DNA of 64,000 nucleotides from Eledone cirrhosa (GCA_964016885.1 OZ024743.1:377270001-377334000), one strand, 5' to 3'; positions 15,448 through 32,531 are shown, counted from the first letter of the stretch. Notes: generated by a model from the sequence alone, not told the origin. Program-made: numbers and translations.

Positions 15448-15765
15448 GCTAGTCCCATTGAATACATCTCTGGGGGACTTTCCTACTGACAGTATTCTGT
15501 CTTCATCAAAATTGATGAAGCCGCACAGTATCCACCATATGTTCACCTTTGGTGTGACACTCGTGATTCTGATCTTTTGTGTCCTTTTTCCCATGTATGT
15601 AGGGAAAAAGGTGTACAGGTTGGATACAATTGGCGACACAGAGTAATTTTGGGCCGTCAATTGATCCTTCATGAGTACCGAAATACTCCCAAAAAGTTTG
15701 CTTCGTTGAATGACTGCAATATCATTCATTGAATTTTTGAAAACCAGTTCAATTTCTTTCAATTT
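15448..15765 (-). pseudogene. Internal ORF1 fragment of Tx1 copy B (diverged subfamily)
   Basis: KLFGSISVLMKDQL..YSVSPIV..YTFFPTYMGKRTQKIRI..NIWW aligns to copy A ORF1 at ~19270-19575. Confidence 0.88.
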
Positions 15766-18255
15766 CCGCCTCTTCCAAAGGAATCGGAAGAGCGCGCGCT
15801 CCATTTTGGCGAGTGTTTTCGCTAGGCAAGGCACGACGGTCAAGCGGTAGTAGATAACGGACGCTATATAAGTGTTCGCCACCTCCGCTCGACCTTTCAG
15901 GGATAGTTTGCACTCGGCCCATTTCTGGGCGAGTGCAAACACCCTGCTCGTTACCTCGTCCCAGTTTTTCTCCACCTGGAGGTCCGGTCCGAACCAGACC
16001 CCGAGCAGCTTCACCGGTCCCTCCGTCCAGCGTCCGACGACGCCGTCGGAGGGCATCGGTTTGCCTCTCCACGTTCCGAGTTTCAAACCGACGGACTTGT
16101 CCCGGTTCAGCTTGGCTCCTGTAAACCTTTCGTATTCCTCCAGTAAGGTGCCGATCTGCACGATTTCCGAGGCGCACGACACTATTACTGTCACGTCATC
16201 GGCGTAGGCCGACACCGCTTTCCGCTATCCCGGTTCCAAGGGGATTCCCTGCAACAGCTCCGACTTCCGCAGTAGTGGCTCGAGAGCCAGCACATACAGA
16301 AGGGAGGAGAGAGGGCATCTTGTCGGATGGATCGCGCGATTTCGAACGGCTCCGAGAGGTAGCCGTTCATCTTGACCCTCGAGCAGGTGTTGCTGCTGTG
16401 CATTGCAGCAATCCAGCCCCTGAAAACGGGTCCGAAGCCTGCCGCTGCGAGCACCGCATCCAGGTATCAATGGTCGACCCTATCGAACGCCTTAGATTGA
16501 TCCAAGTTGATCAGGGCCCCACCAAAGCCGGGTTCGTTCCCTACCCTCTCTACGATGTATCGCATGAGGTGGAGGTTGTCGTGTATGGACCTGGACGAGA
16601 TTGCGCATGTCTGCGCTTCTCCCACCAGGTTCCCGACGACAAGCGCCAACCTCTTCGCTAACACCATGGCCAAAATCTTTAACTCTGTATTTAGCAGAGT
16701 TATGGGCCTGAAGTTATCTATGTCATCCCCCTTGTTCTCGTCCTTCCTCACCAGCGTGACTACGCCCTTGGTCACAGAACTGGGAATTCTCCCGTTCTGT
16801 TGCCAGTTGCAGTAGACCGCCTCGAGGAGATTGGAGAACAAGTCCGGCATCGCTACATAAAGTTCGTATGGAAGACCATCGAGACCGGGAGATTTGTGTT
16901 TGCCGCATTGGCTCAGTGCTTCCCCTATCTCAGCAGCTGAAATCGGCCTTTCGCAGGACTTTGCCTCCCCGTCCGAGAGCCGCGGCAGACCGTCGAGGTA
17001 TGGACCGAAATCCATGGCCTCACCCGGCCTGCCGTCCCTCCCGAACAGTCGTGCAAAGCGCCGTTGAAAGGCCGCGCACATCCGCTCAAGTTCAAGGATC
17101 ACGCGTCCATCCTGGTCCTTCAAAGACCGAATCGTGGACTTGCTTCCACATTTTGCCTCTCTCACTCGGGCCCAGCTAATAGCTTTAGCTCCCTCGTTAC
17201 CCAGAGCACGTATTTTACTCCTGAAAACGCAGCCCTCGTGCTTCGCGTCAAAGAACTCGTCTAGGGCCGTTCTTGACGCCAGCACACCGGCCACGTTGCC
17301 ACACCTAATCGCCTCCTCTACTCTATCTATCAATTCCCTTTCAGTTCTATTCCTATCTGATGCTAATTCCTGACTAAAACCTATCGATTCTATTCTAATT
17401 TCTCTCTTGAGAAATCCCCACCACCTGCTGTTGACAATTGCTCGCGTCAACTCCTGTTTAACTAGAGTGCTAATCCGCTTACTGTAAGCTTTGTTTGTAA
17501 GGACAAGTTTAGCTTCCAGTAACCGGGTCCTTGTGTATGGGTTCTATCAAGGTTGACCACTCCGATCACCAACTTGTGATCCGAATAGTCAACCATGAAC
17601 GTTCGTGGACAGCTTAATATGTCCCTATCCTTATTTCTAACTAGGAACCTATCTAGGTACGACCTAGATGTTCCGCTAAGATTAGTCCACGTCCACAGTG
17701 GCACAGTCGGAAAATCTAGTCGATATCTATCGGCCAGGTCAAATCGGCCGATTAACCGTTTGAGGCTGTTACACCCCCCTCTATCGGGACATGCCCCTAC
17801 ATAGTCCCAACGTGCATCCAGAATACCATTCCAGTCCCCCACTAAAAGCAAGGAGCGAGACGTTCCCAGAAAAGTTTCTAGGCGTTGGAAGAAGTCCGGT
17901 CGCAGTGTACCAGATGGGGCATACGCTGCCACCAGCCTGAAGGCTCCACCTTCACTACTGCCGACGTCTAGAAGAACCAGTTGGCCCTCCGGGTCCAGGT
18001 GTACCTTCCGTGTTGCGAGGCCAGGTGTTTTCGCAGCAGAACGACCATCCCGCCCCCGCCCTCCGGCTGACAGAGAGATGCATAGATCTCAAAGTCGTCG
18101 AAGATGGGGGCCAGTTGGTGCTCGCTGCTGATCCTGGACTCTCAAATAGCTATCACATCCATTATGTGCGATCTGAGGTCATTTAAGAGTTTGCCCTGCT
18201 TCCAGGACATCCCCAGGCCGAACATATTTAAACATCCAACTCTTATAACAGCCAT
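15766..18255 (-). pseudogene. ORF2 of Tx1 copy A (APE endonuclease + complete RT core), 3'-truncated
   Basis: Starts at ATG 18255 (MAVIRVGCLN...DVIAI*ES). Contains GDWN, YLDR, SDHK, LDQSKAFDRVDH, RQ-CPLS and AYADDVTV. It has several frameshifts and ends at FRFLWKRR. Confidence 0.9.
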
Positions 18256-18363
18256 GTTAGTGGTGAAGAGTTTAGGGTGGAGAAAAAAAAAAGACACCTA
18301 CCTGTACTTCTCCTGAGGACCAGGCTGGACAATTTCCATGGGGGTGTCGGCAGGGTTGTTTGG

Positions 18364-20132
18364 TTAGGTGGTAGTTTGGGATGTGGTGGGGACAACACTG
18401 TGTGGTGGGGTGGGGGTGTTTGGTTGGGGAAGGGTGACTGGGGTGGTTGTAGGGAAAGATTTCAAGAGGACGCGGTTGCTAGGTCTAGTACAGGGGTTCC
18501 CCACGTCCTCGGGAAAGTTCTGTTTGAGCATTGCGTAGGTGTCCCTTGGGACCCTAATCATTTTTAAATGCGGTTTAGTCGCCGCGTTGGTGAACATTTT
18601 CCCTTCGGTTTCCACCGAAGGGTCTTTGTCTATTGTTTGCACAAGTGTTTTGTTGTTTGTGTTGATGTATGTATACTGTTTTTGTTGTGTTGTGTTTGTT
18701 TTTGTTTTTTGTTCTTGTGTGTGTTTGCGTTTTGTAGTATGTGGTATGTTTTCGGGAGGGGTGGGTTTTTCTGTTTGTGATGTTTGTTCTGTTTGTGCTG
18801 GTGGCTGTGTGTTTGTTGTATTTTGTTTATGTGGTGCCTTCTTTTCTTTCTTTTTACCGGTTGAAACGGTTCTCCCTCGTTGTCACTGGGTGACGTTGAT
18901 AAGGGGTCCTTGTCCGTGTTGTTGGAGAGGGGTATATTTTGGGGTTTTGTTGTGGTTACTTTTGAATTTGTTTTAGGTGGGGAGGGGTTGGGTGGGACAG
19001 TGTCTTGTGTTGTTATTTTTTCGTGTTGTGGTTGTTGTGGTGATGGTTGTATTGTTGTGTGTGGGGTGGGCAGAAGCGTCTTTTTGTTTGGGGGGAGGCA
19101 TTTAAAAGGGGACAGGAAGCCCTCAAGTGACCACTTCTTGAACAGTGGTAGCATGAAGGCCGCCTGCACTCAACAGAAATGTTTATGAAGGCGACTCCAT
19201 CCAGGGACACACGCTGCGGTATTCTTGCTATCCGTTCTGGTCTCATTTGAACCAGAACTTCAAGGCTATTGCCGCCGAATACGCCCCCAGTGGATTCGCC
19301 TATCGAAAGGATTGTGTCCTCATCTTCTAAGAATCCCGTTAGCACCCACCAAATGTTCGCATTTGGCCTGATGCCCGAGATTCTTATCTTTTGAGTTCTT
19401 TTCCCCAAATATGTGGGGGAAAAGGTGTATGCTTTTCATACAATTGGCGACACAGAATATTTCCGTGCCGCCAATTCATCTTGCATTAAAACAGATATGC
19501 TTCCATACAGTTTCCCTTTCTGTATGAAAGCGATATCCTTCCAGGCACTACTTAGGGCCAGCTTTATTTCACTTTGGGACAATTGAGCCGGTTTCCTAGT
19601 CGCGTTCGAAACTGTCCTAAAAATTATGGTTCTGAGGACTGTGTCCCTTCTAATTTCTTCGGGGGAGGTAATTGTGAATTCCCCACCTTCCCCGAAACTT
19701 ACACAATTCCTTGCTTCTTTCAACAATTTCTTGGCATTCGAGATATCCAGTGCCTTGTATGTCTGCGTTTCTCGGACCGCCTGTGAGAAGGAGACTGCAG
19801 CTGTGGGTCCGTTTTTTCTTTTGTGTGTTATCATTGTTGTTGTTGTTATTCGTGTTGGCTTGCTTTTTTCCTTTGTTGGTGTTGTCATTGTTGCTGTTGT
19901 TGGTTGTGTTGTTATTGTCATTGTTGCTGTTGTTGGTTGTGTTATTGTCATTGTTGTTCTTGTTTGTGTAATTGTTACTTTTGGAGTTTTCACCCATTTC
20001 CACAATTTTTTCTTTTGAATCCGTGGTGTCTTTTGCGGGAGTGATGTGGGAAGGTTTACAGCGTTGTGTTGCTACCTTCTCTCTATCACTTTCCTTGGAG
20101 GGCATGGCATGCGTCGTGTTAATGGCGTCCAT
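18364..20132 (-). pseudogene. ORF1 of Tx1 copy A (gag-like protein with CX2CX4HX4C zinc knuckle), disrupted
   Basis: ATG at 20132 and knuckle CYHCSRSGHLRASC at 19153-19112, with low-complexity T/Q/K-rich flanks. There is an in-frame stop at 19436 plus frameshifts. Confidence 0.85.
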
Positions 20133-20171
20133 TTTCACTAAACGACTTTTTATCGATAACTTATAACTATC

Positions 20172-20200
20172 AAATTTCGCCCCAAAAAGGGGCGAAATTT
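20172..20200 (-). promoter_or_regulatory. Perfect 12-bp hairpin in the Tx1 5' UTR
   Basis: AAATTTCGCCCC-AAAAA-GGGGCGAAATTT, ending 40 nt upstream of the ORF1 ATG. Any function is inferred only. Confidence 0.55.
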
Positions 20201-20334
20201 ATTTTACCCAACGTCTGCAGGCCTAGGCGAGGGTTAAACACAACAAATAACAAGTAGCTTAAACAAACCTACTGCTTCTCGTAATAAATTCCGACAAAAT
20301 GCAGGAGCGAAACAAAAACACGTCTATCTTCTCG

Positions 20335-20446
<112 letters not shown>

Positions 20447-20447
20447 A

Positions 20448-20608
20448 TTTTAAGGGGAACCTTTTTTAAAAATAAAAATACAAACGAAAGACACAGACTC
20501 CAATGTCACCTGCCGTTGAGATGGACTATCGCAGTTTCTGGTACTTCTGGTCCACTGGAGTTCTGTGTCTGTCGTTTGTATTTTTATTTTCTAAGGTTCC
20601 CCTTAAAA
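20448..20608. repeat. ~57-bp inverted repeat pair around a ~47-bp spacer (hairpin/MITE-like)
   Basis: TTTTAAGGGGAACCTT..AAAATAAAAATACAAACGAAAGACACAGACTCCA at 20448-20502 and its reverse complement at ~20556-20608. Confidence 0.8.
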
Positions 20609-20729
20609 AATTGTTTTTTCGTTTTGCCTTGTTTTTGTTCCTTGTCTTGTCCGCTCTCTTAATTTTCCTATGTTTATCCTTCATAATCTGTGATGAACGT
20701 GCTTTCTCTTCTCCCCTTAATTTAAATGG

Positions 20730-20788
<59 letters not shown>

Positions 20789-21454
20789 CTCAGACTCAGT
20801 AGCTCGTTTAGAATTTAAAATGTAATCTTATGCGGTGTACGTCTGCTACAAGAACAATAACTCTTGCCACATGATCTGTACACATACCTATATGTGTATA
20901 TAACTTTATTTATATCTATCTTTATCACATCATTTATTTACATTTAAGATTTCATTATAAATTCAGTTTTATTTTCCTCATCCTTACAGTTCTTCTTTAT
21001 CTCTGTTTAATCTGATATCACACTATAACATACCGCATGTATCCTTCATACAATATTAGTTCTATATGTTGGCCACATTTCACACCATCTGTAGCCATAT
21101 CTAGTTAGATACGTGACTAGTCTTATAAAGGTAAAGATTACTAGTAAATGTTTTTGGTAATTTGTATTAATTAGTGGGGTAACTTATTAATAGCAGAACA
21201 CGTGTTACTGTTCTCATATAATCATCGTGTCACGATTATATCTAACTCCAACTAAACTATGGAGCACTTTTGGCGGGGGGGTTGTAGTGGTGGTGGTGGT
21301 GTTGGTGGTGGTGGTGGTGGTGGTGGTGTTGGTGTGGGTGGTGGTGGTGGTGGTGGTGGTGGTGGTGTCAGTGTTTGTAATGACTGAATGTTTTGTGTGT
21401 GTGTGCGAGTCTGAAACATGTTTGTTGTTCAGTTCAACTTGGAGTATGCAACGA

Positions 21455-21790
21455 TTGAATGTTTATGTGAGTGTGTGCTGGACTTAAACATGTTAGTCGT
21501 TTAGATCAAAGACGCTGAACTTTCTCTCTCTACCTCCTCTTCCGCCTTCTTGCAGTATGTAACGAATGAATGTCTATGTGGGTAGATGCTGGTCTTAAAC
21601 ATATTTGTTGTTCAGCTGAAAGTTACTGAGCTTTCATTCACCTTCTTCCTCATCTTTCTCTTCCTCTTCTATTTCCTTGTAGTATGTAACGAGTGAATGT
21701 TGGTGTGTGCTGGTCTTAAATATATTTGTTGTTCAGTTCAAAGACATTGAGCTTACCCGCCTCTTCCTCATCCTCCCCCTCCTCTTAGCA
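21455..21790. repeat. Diverged ~110-125-bp tandem repeat, about 3 copies
   Basis: GAATGT..TGCTGG[A/T]CTTAAA..TTCAG..AAAG..CTGA.CTT..CAGTATGTAACGA recurs near 21457, 21568 and 21695. Confidence 0.7.
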
Positions 21791-21968
21791 GTCTTTATTA
21801 AGCAACAACTGTTTCAAAAGAGAGTAAGATGCATCACAAGACAAAGCAATGATAATAAAAGCAATAATATCAATAAAATACCATATGAAGGTAAATATAT
21901 AAGATTGTTGTTTAGTGACACGTCTCTCACATATTAATAACAATAATAATGATAATAACAACAACAGC

Positions 21969-22008
<40 letters not shown>

Positions 22009-22127
22009 TCTGCTGGTGTAACAAGGCCTGGCAATGAATTTGGCAAGTGCCACTACTTTCACAGGATTAATACCTATAAGTGAACAATGTAGTTGGTGAT
22101 GACTACAAATGGTTTAATGCAATCAGC

Positions 22128-22141
22128 TTAGCAGTAGTAGC

Positions 22142-22220
<79 letters not shown>

Positions 22221-23220
22221 ATGAATGACTGATGATGTATACAAACAATTTAACACGACAGGGTGCAGCCACATCAGACGAGATAACTTCACTCATTATT
22301 CAGCCAGATGATGATAGTGATGATGATAGTGATGATGATAGTGATGATGATAGTGATGATGATAGTGATGATGAGAAGGAGGGTGAGGCGGGGGTATATG
22401 GGTAGGATCATGATGGAGACGAAGAGAGGACTGTGACGACGATGATGATGACGATGATGATGATGATGATGATGACGACGATGACGATGATGATGATGAT
22501 GACGATGATGATGATGATGACGATGATGATGATGACGATGATGACGATGACGATGATGATGATGATGATGACCATGACGATGATGATGACGACGATGACG
22601 ATGATGATGATGATGATGACCATGATGACGATGATGACGATGATGATGACGATGATGATGATGATGACGATGATGACGATGACGATGACGATGATGACGA
22701 TGACGATGATGATGATGATGACGATGATGATGACGATGATGATGATGATGACGACGATGACGATGATGATGATGATGATGATGACGATGATGATGATGAT
22801 GATAACGATGACGACCATGACGATGATGATGTCAATGATGATGAAGAAGAAAAGGAAGGGGAAGTGGGGAGGAGGAGGAGGAGGAGGAAATTGTCGATTG
22901 GGACGATGATGATAATGACGATGATGATGATGATGATCATCATCATCATCATCATCGTCGTTACCATGAAGATGATGACAGTCATGATGATGTTTATTAT
23001 GATGCTGATAATGGAAGTGATGATGATGACGAGTAGAGGAGGAGGAGGAGGACTATGGTGATGGTGGTGGTGATGCTGATGATAATGGTGGTGGTGGTGG
23101 TTTTCGTCGTCGTTGTCATGATGGTAGTGCTGCTGGTGATGATGGTGCTGATGCTGGTGGCGGTGGTGGTGGTGGTGATAGTGATCATCATCAGCAGCAT
23201 CATCATCATCGTCATGACGC
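22128..23220. repeat. Trinucleotide arrays (TAG)n, (GAT/GAC)n, (GGT)n
   Basis: Visible simple repeats. The poly-S/H/M ORFs are artefacts. Confidence 0.95.
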
Positions 23221-23299
23221 AACACAACAAAGAGAAACAAGAAACTACGTATATTACTGAGGCAACCATTAGCATAGATGTTTATTTATGTAAATAGTG

Positions 23300-25295
<1,996 letters not shown>

Positions 25296-25527
25296 ATCTG
25301 TAAATCTTTACAATTAACACTCACAAACACATACTATACAATGCAGTTCCTATCTCAGTTATGTTGCTACAATAAGAAGTTGGTTTTCCAATCACAACGT
25401 CCTGGGTTCTAGAACAATGTTTGTCTCTGAAAATAGTTATTTCCCCAACGTTACTCATACATTTAATTTTGTACATCATTTCTATATATATATGTTGAAC
25501 ATTTATGTAATCATATACTTAAAAGAA

Positions 25528-25850
25528 AGATCGCAGCTCTAATACTATGGGCATGTGGTTTACATGTTTTAAGAAAGAATCGCTGAACAGATTTTACGAG
25601 CAAAACCATCCGGCAGGCGACCTAGGGGTAGACTCCGAGTAAGATGGCTGGATAACATCCATGAGCTTGGCTGGTCTCGCTTGGGTATCCAGCCGAATCA
25701 GATGGCGACGGTTGCTTCTGACAGGACCCACTGGAAGGAGTGTTTTGGGACTCTGTCCCCACATCCCTAGAAGAAGAAGAAGAAGAAGAAGAAGAAGAAG
25801 AAGAAGAAGAAGAAGAAGAAGAAGAAGAAGAAGAAGAAGAAGAAGAAGAA
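25528..25850 (+). mobile_element. 5'-truncated RTE-clade LINE (Expander/REX3-like) 3' end with (AAG)n tail
   Basis: Translates as RSQL*YYGHVVYMF*ERIAEQILRAKPSGRRPRGRLRVRWLDNIHELGWSRLGIQ...DRTHW...PHP*, the RTE C-terminal motif (not in the ORF track). (AAG)n follows at 25771-25850. Confidence 0.8.
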
Positions 25851-25920
25851 ACACTTAAAATGAATTAATAAACTATCACTCTTATCTTTACACGCATCCA
25901 CGTATTTGTAATCAACATAA

Positions 25921-26042
25921 ACTAACCTTTCATCCTCACGGACTCGATAAAATAAAGTACCAGTAATGCACTGGGTCGATTTAATCCACTTCCCCCTCCC
26001 CCTTCAAATTGCTAGCCTTGTGCCTAAAGTAGAAACAATTAT
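25921..26042 (+). mobile_element. tRNA-type SINE, 3' half
   Basis: CCTTTTCATCC..TCGATAAAATAAAGTACCAGTAATGCACTGGGTCGATTTAATC..GCCTTGTGCCTAAAGTAGAAACAAT matches the 10240 copy. Confidence 0.8.
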
Positions 26043-26154
26043 TAGCGTGTTGAACTAGACGCCTAGCTGTATCAGATTCTTTGTATTTTGATGAATATGA
26101 AGCCAGATCGCAACTGATGGCCCGAATTAATTCTGCAAGTCTCTGACAGTTCCA

Positions 26155-26312
26155 CTAACCCACTATCCTGAACTGGTACTTCATTTATCAACTCCGAAAG
26201 GATGAAAAACAAAATTAACTTTGACGAGATTTGAACTCAGAACGTAGAATCCCGGAGTAAAATCATCATGTTATTTTACCTGTCACTCTAATAATTACAC
26301 TAGATAACCGCT
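26155..26312 (-). mobile_element. tRNA-type SINE, inverted relative to the previous copy
   Basis: CTGGTACTTCATTTATCAACTCCGAAAGGATGAAA core and B box GAGTTCAAATC on the minus strand. Confidence 0.75.
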
Positions 26313-27947
26313 GTTCTGTAATTCTAATTACTTGTAAAATATATTTCTATTTCTGTAATGTGCGTTGGTTTGTAATTGAGAAGAAAAATGTTGCAGAAAT
26401 ATTTTCTAATATAAACTCTTATCGCTTTATCAATTCTGATTATTTCAACATTTCCCTGCTGATATGAAAACATTTAATTACAATATTAGAGAAAATATAT
26501 TAGAGAACTATAAAGCAAATAGGTATCTGTTTAAACTACACCTCCATCTGGTTGATAAAATTGAAGACATTTGCTGGCAAATTCTCAAAAAAGCAATACC
26601 ATTATCTGATGACACGTGGCACTAAAACTATCCATTTATCAATAGAATGTTGCAGTTGGGCAAAGAAGAGCAGCAGTTGAAACTGTGTCTACTAGAAACA
26701 TAACTAGTGACATTTCCCAGATGTTTAAGCTGGTTAATAAATACGCTAACTCGGTTTGATTATTTCTGAATGCTCTCGTTTTCTTTCAACTCTACCATCA
26801 AAATCAATAAACGACAAGCTAACCTAATTAGCAACTAAAATCCTTGAAATCTTAATTTTTCACTTTTATTCCAGCTCTTCAAAGCTGCCAATGAATTTTC
26901 GAAAAGCTATTTAATTCTAGAGAGATTTTATGTAGATTGGCATCATCGTTATGTCCATGATGTGATTATAAGAAGACTAATTCAATCTTAGCACGGAAAT
27001 TATGAAATATTACTGAACTTTTAGAAATAACTAAATAAATAAAATGAAATAGGAACGCAGAGTTAAGCAAATAGATTTTCGCCATTGTGTGATCAGCCGC
27101 CGTCTAGTAATTTGTGTTCGTGCGTGTGTGTATGTGTGTGTATGTGTATGTCTGTGAGCGTGAGTGTGTGTGTGAGATCGAGAGAGAGGGAGAGTGTGTG
27201 TTTGAGTGAGATAGAGGACGTATGTTTGGTGTGTGAGTGTGTGTGTAGTAATCGATAAAACAGAAGCATCCTTGACTTAATTACACAGAATTCATTATCT
27301 ACATTTTCTAGGATATGTCTGAAAAATAAGATCGAAAATGTCAAGAACTTCAGCATTATTTTCGCAGTATTCTGTTATATAACGACATGTTGGAGTGATT
27401 TAATAATAACAATAAAAGTAAGATTTTTAAAAAGGAGGTGAGAACAAGCACTACATCTTTAGTGGGACAGCATATCTCAGTTGTATCCCTTGAACAAGAT
27501 GGCGAATGAGTTGTCACAAAAAAAACAACCAGCAACATACACTGCATGAGCCATGCCACTGCATGGGACCCCCTTCCTCAGGCGTGATGCCCTCATCACA
27601 ATATGTCAGAGGAAGGAAAATGACAGTCTGGAGACCAACGACGCCGGTCTTAATGGCGACCAACACAAAATGGAATCTATAGATTAAAAATTGATGTGGA
27701 GATCTTTAAAGTCTTTAAAAGGGGTAGGACATATAATAAATAATGGTGTATTTACCAATTAACAGTCGCTATCATTCCATCGACGTTGTCTGGCGCTCTG
27801 AGAACATATTACAACAGCAGATTAAATTAACCAATAGCCGTCCTAATTTTAATCAAATGACCTGACTACCGATCTTAAAACTAATCAAATAATGTAAAAT
27901 ATCATTCTAATATAACGTATTATACATACATACATACATATATATAA

Positions 27948-28018
<71 letters not shown>

Positions 28019-28145
28019 CATACATACATACATACATACATACATACATACATACATACATACATACATACATACATACGTACATACGTACATACATACA
28101 TACATACATACATACATACATACATACATACATACATACATGCAT

Positions 28146-28750
28146 GGTGGCTGCCAACTCGTTTTCGAGTACGGCCATTACTTTATATCCATGTAGGAGA
28201 ACCCCTACCGATGCGCTGAACGAGGGTGACTTTTTAGTCCAGCCAGCGACTTGAAAACTCTGGTACAAACACTACACTTGTGACAATTATTGACACATAG
28301 TGCTGGGCCCATGGTACCATGTGACGACAAGTGCAGAGAGATCTCCAGATATAAAGCAATGCCTGTGCCATGAAGCTTTTATAGTGAGTAAAGGCACTGC
28401 ACAAAGCCAGTCCCACTCTCTTAACCAAGATGATATTTACCAAAAAGAAGAACAAGTCAACATCATTGGATACCATCAGAGTTGCAGGTGTTATATCAGA
28501 GTTTTCCTTCTCCTAGAATTCTGCCTTGACAAAGGCTAAGGGGTCATCTCTCCCGGTGATTTTGGATGGCCATTGACTCTTAAGAGCTCCTTTTCCTTTT
28601 GACAGGTTTTTTTTTAGTCCTGCAGGATGTCCAAAGTCACCCTCCTCACCAAGAAACCTTGGTGGGGTTGCCAGTTTAGTCGCCAGCAACCCGACCAGGA
28701 GACAGGTTGTACTGGGATACATGTTACCAGTAGCACCAACTGGTGACCTG
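28146..28750 (-). mobile_element. Full-length non-autonomous RTE-derived element (~605 bp) embedded in (ACAT)n
   Basis: Minus strand has a structured 5' end, the RTE 5'-UTR-like motif CTAGGAGAAGGAAAACTCTGA, and a 3' stem-loop CTCGAAAACGAG followed by GGCAGCCACC and (ATGT)n. (ACAT)n lies on both sides. Confidence 0.75.
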
Positions 28751-28789
28751 ACATACATACATACATACATACATACATACATACATACA

Positions 28790-29625
<836 letters not shown>

Positions 29626-29628
29626 TTA

Positions 29629-31323
<1,695 letters not shown>

Positions 31324-31378
31324 GTACAGTATATAGAATGAATATATTAGATTAACGCTTGAAATAGCAGGAAGAGAG

Positions 31379-31414
31379 TCTTAACGTTTCGGGCGCTAAT
31401 CCTTCATCAGAAGA
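31379..31414 (-). ncRNA. Minimal hammerhead ribozyme motif (PLE type)
   Basis: Minus strand reads UCUU-CUGAUGA-AGGAUUAGCGCCC-GAAACGU-U-AAGA. The core is intact, stem I is 4 bp and AACGUU is palindromic, but stem II is weak and the triplet is GUU. Confidence 0.6.
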
Positions 31415-31577
31415 AAGAATGAGAAATTAGATAGGTTGAAGGGACGGGTGGGGTGGAATTGGAAAAAATGTTTTAAGATAAAAATAACAGGTTCATTCAT
31501 GTTGCCATATATATATACACATATGTATATATATATGTGTGTGTGTGTGTGTCTGTGTGTGTGTATATACATACATG

Positions 31578-32095
31578 TATGATGGGTGCAAACTCTGAGT
31601 ATTGCAATCGCTTGTCAGATTACAGAAGATGGTGCACTTTTAGGCTACGGCCAGCTACACGAACCTGTAACAGATCTTGAACAAGCAATGCCTGTGATTT
31701 GAAGGTTTTTTTAAGTGGGGAAAGGCCTTGCACTCGACCAATCCCACTCTCTGAGCATCGAAAACACTACCCGAAAAGGAGAACTGGTCAATAATATCGA
31801 ATGCTTCCGAAGCTGCGGGGGGTTTTTTTTCAGAGTTTCCTTCTGCTAGAAAGGTGTTGTGACAACTAGAGGCCTTTCACTCCCAGGTGAAAACAAAAGT
31901 ACTATTTGGATGGCCGTTGAGTCTGTTGAATTCCTCCGCCCTTTGCCGGTCTTGTATTTCATCCCGAAGGGTTCCCAAATATCACCCTCCTCACCAAGCG
32001 AGCTTGGTGAGGTAGCCGGTTTAGTCACCGACGACCTGACCATGAGACAAGTTGTACTGGGTTACATGTTACCTGTAGCACTCGAGAGCGACCTT
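31578..32095 (-). mobile_element. Diverged copy of the non-autonomous RTE-derived element
   Basis: Shares TCACCCTCCTCACCAAG..CTTGGTGAG..TTTAGTC..GTTGTACTGGGTTACATGTTACC with 28146-28750. ACAT repeats lie on both sides. Confidence 0.7.
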
Positions 32096-32182
32096 ACACA
32101 TACATACATACATCATGATGATAGCTGCTCCCTCGTTATCGAGTATGTCCATTGCACGAAAAAAAACATAATAACGACAATA

Positions 32183-32375
32183 ATAATTGTTTCTACTTTT
32201 GGCACAGGGCCAGCAATTACCCAGTACATTACTGGTACTTTATTTTATCGACCCCGTAAGGATGAAAGGAAAATTTAACCTCGGCGAAATTTGAACTCAG
32301 AATGACAAGGGGCGTAACTCTATGCGTCAAAGCATGGCGTTCGACCCTCTACCGATACTGCCAATCTACCGCCCT
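32183..32375 (-). mobile_element. tRNA-type SINE
   Basis: CTGGTACTTTATTTTATCGACCCCGTAAGGATGAAAGG core, B box GAGTTCAAATT and A-box-like TGGCAGTATCGG on the minus strand. Confidence 0.8.
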
Positions 32376-32385
32376 TAACAACAAT

Positions 32386-32432
<47 letters not shown>

Positions 32433-32470
32433 AACATATACATATCTATATATACACATACGCACACACA

Positions 32471-32531
<61 letters not shown>

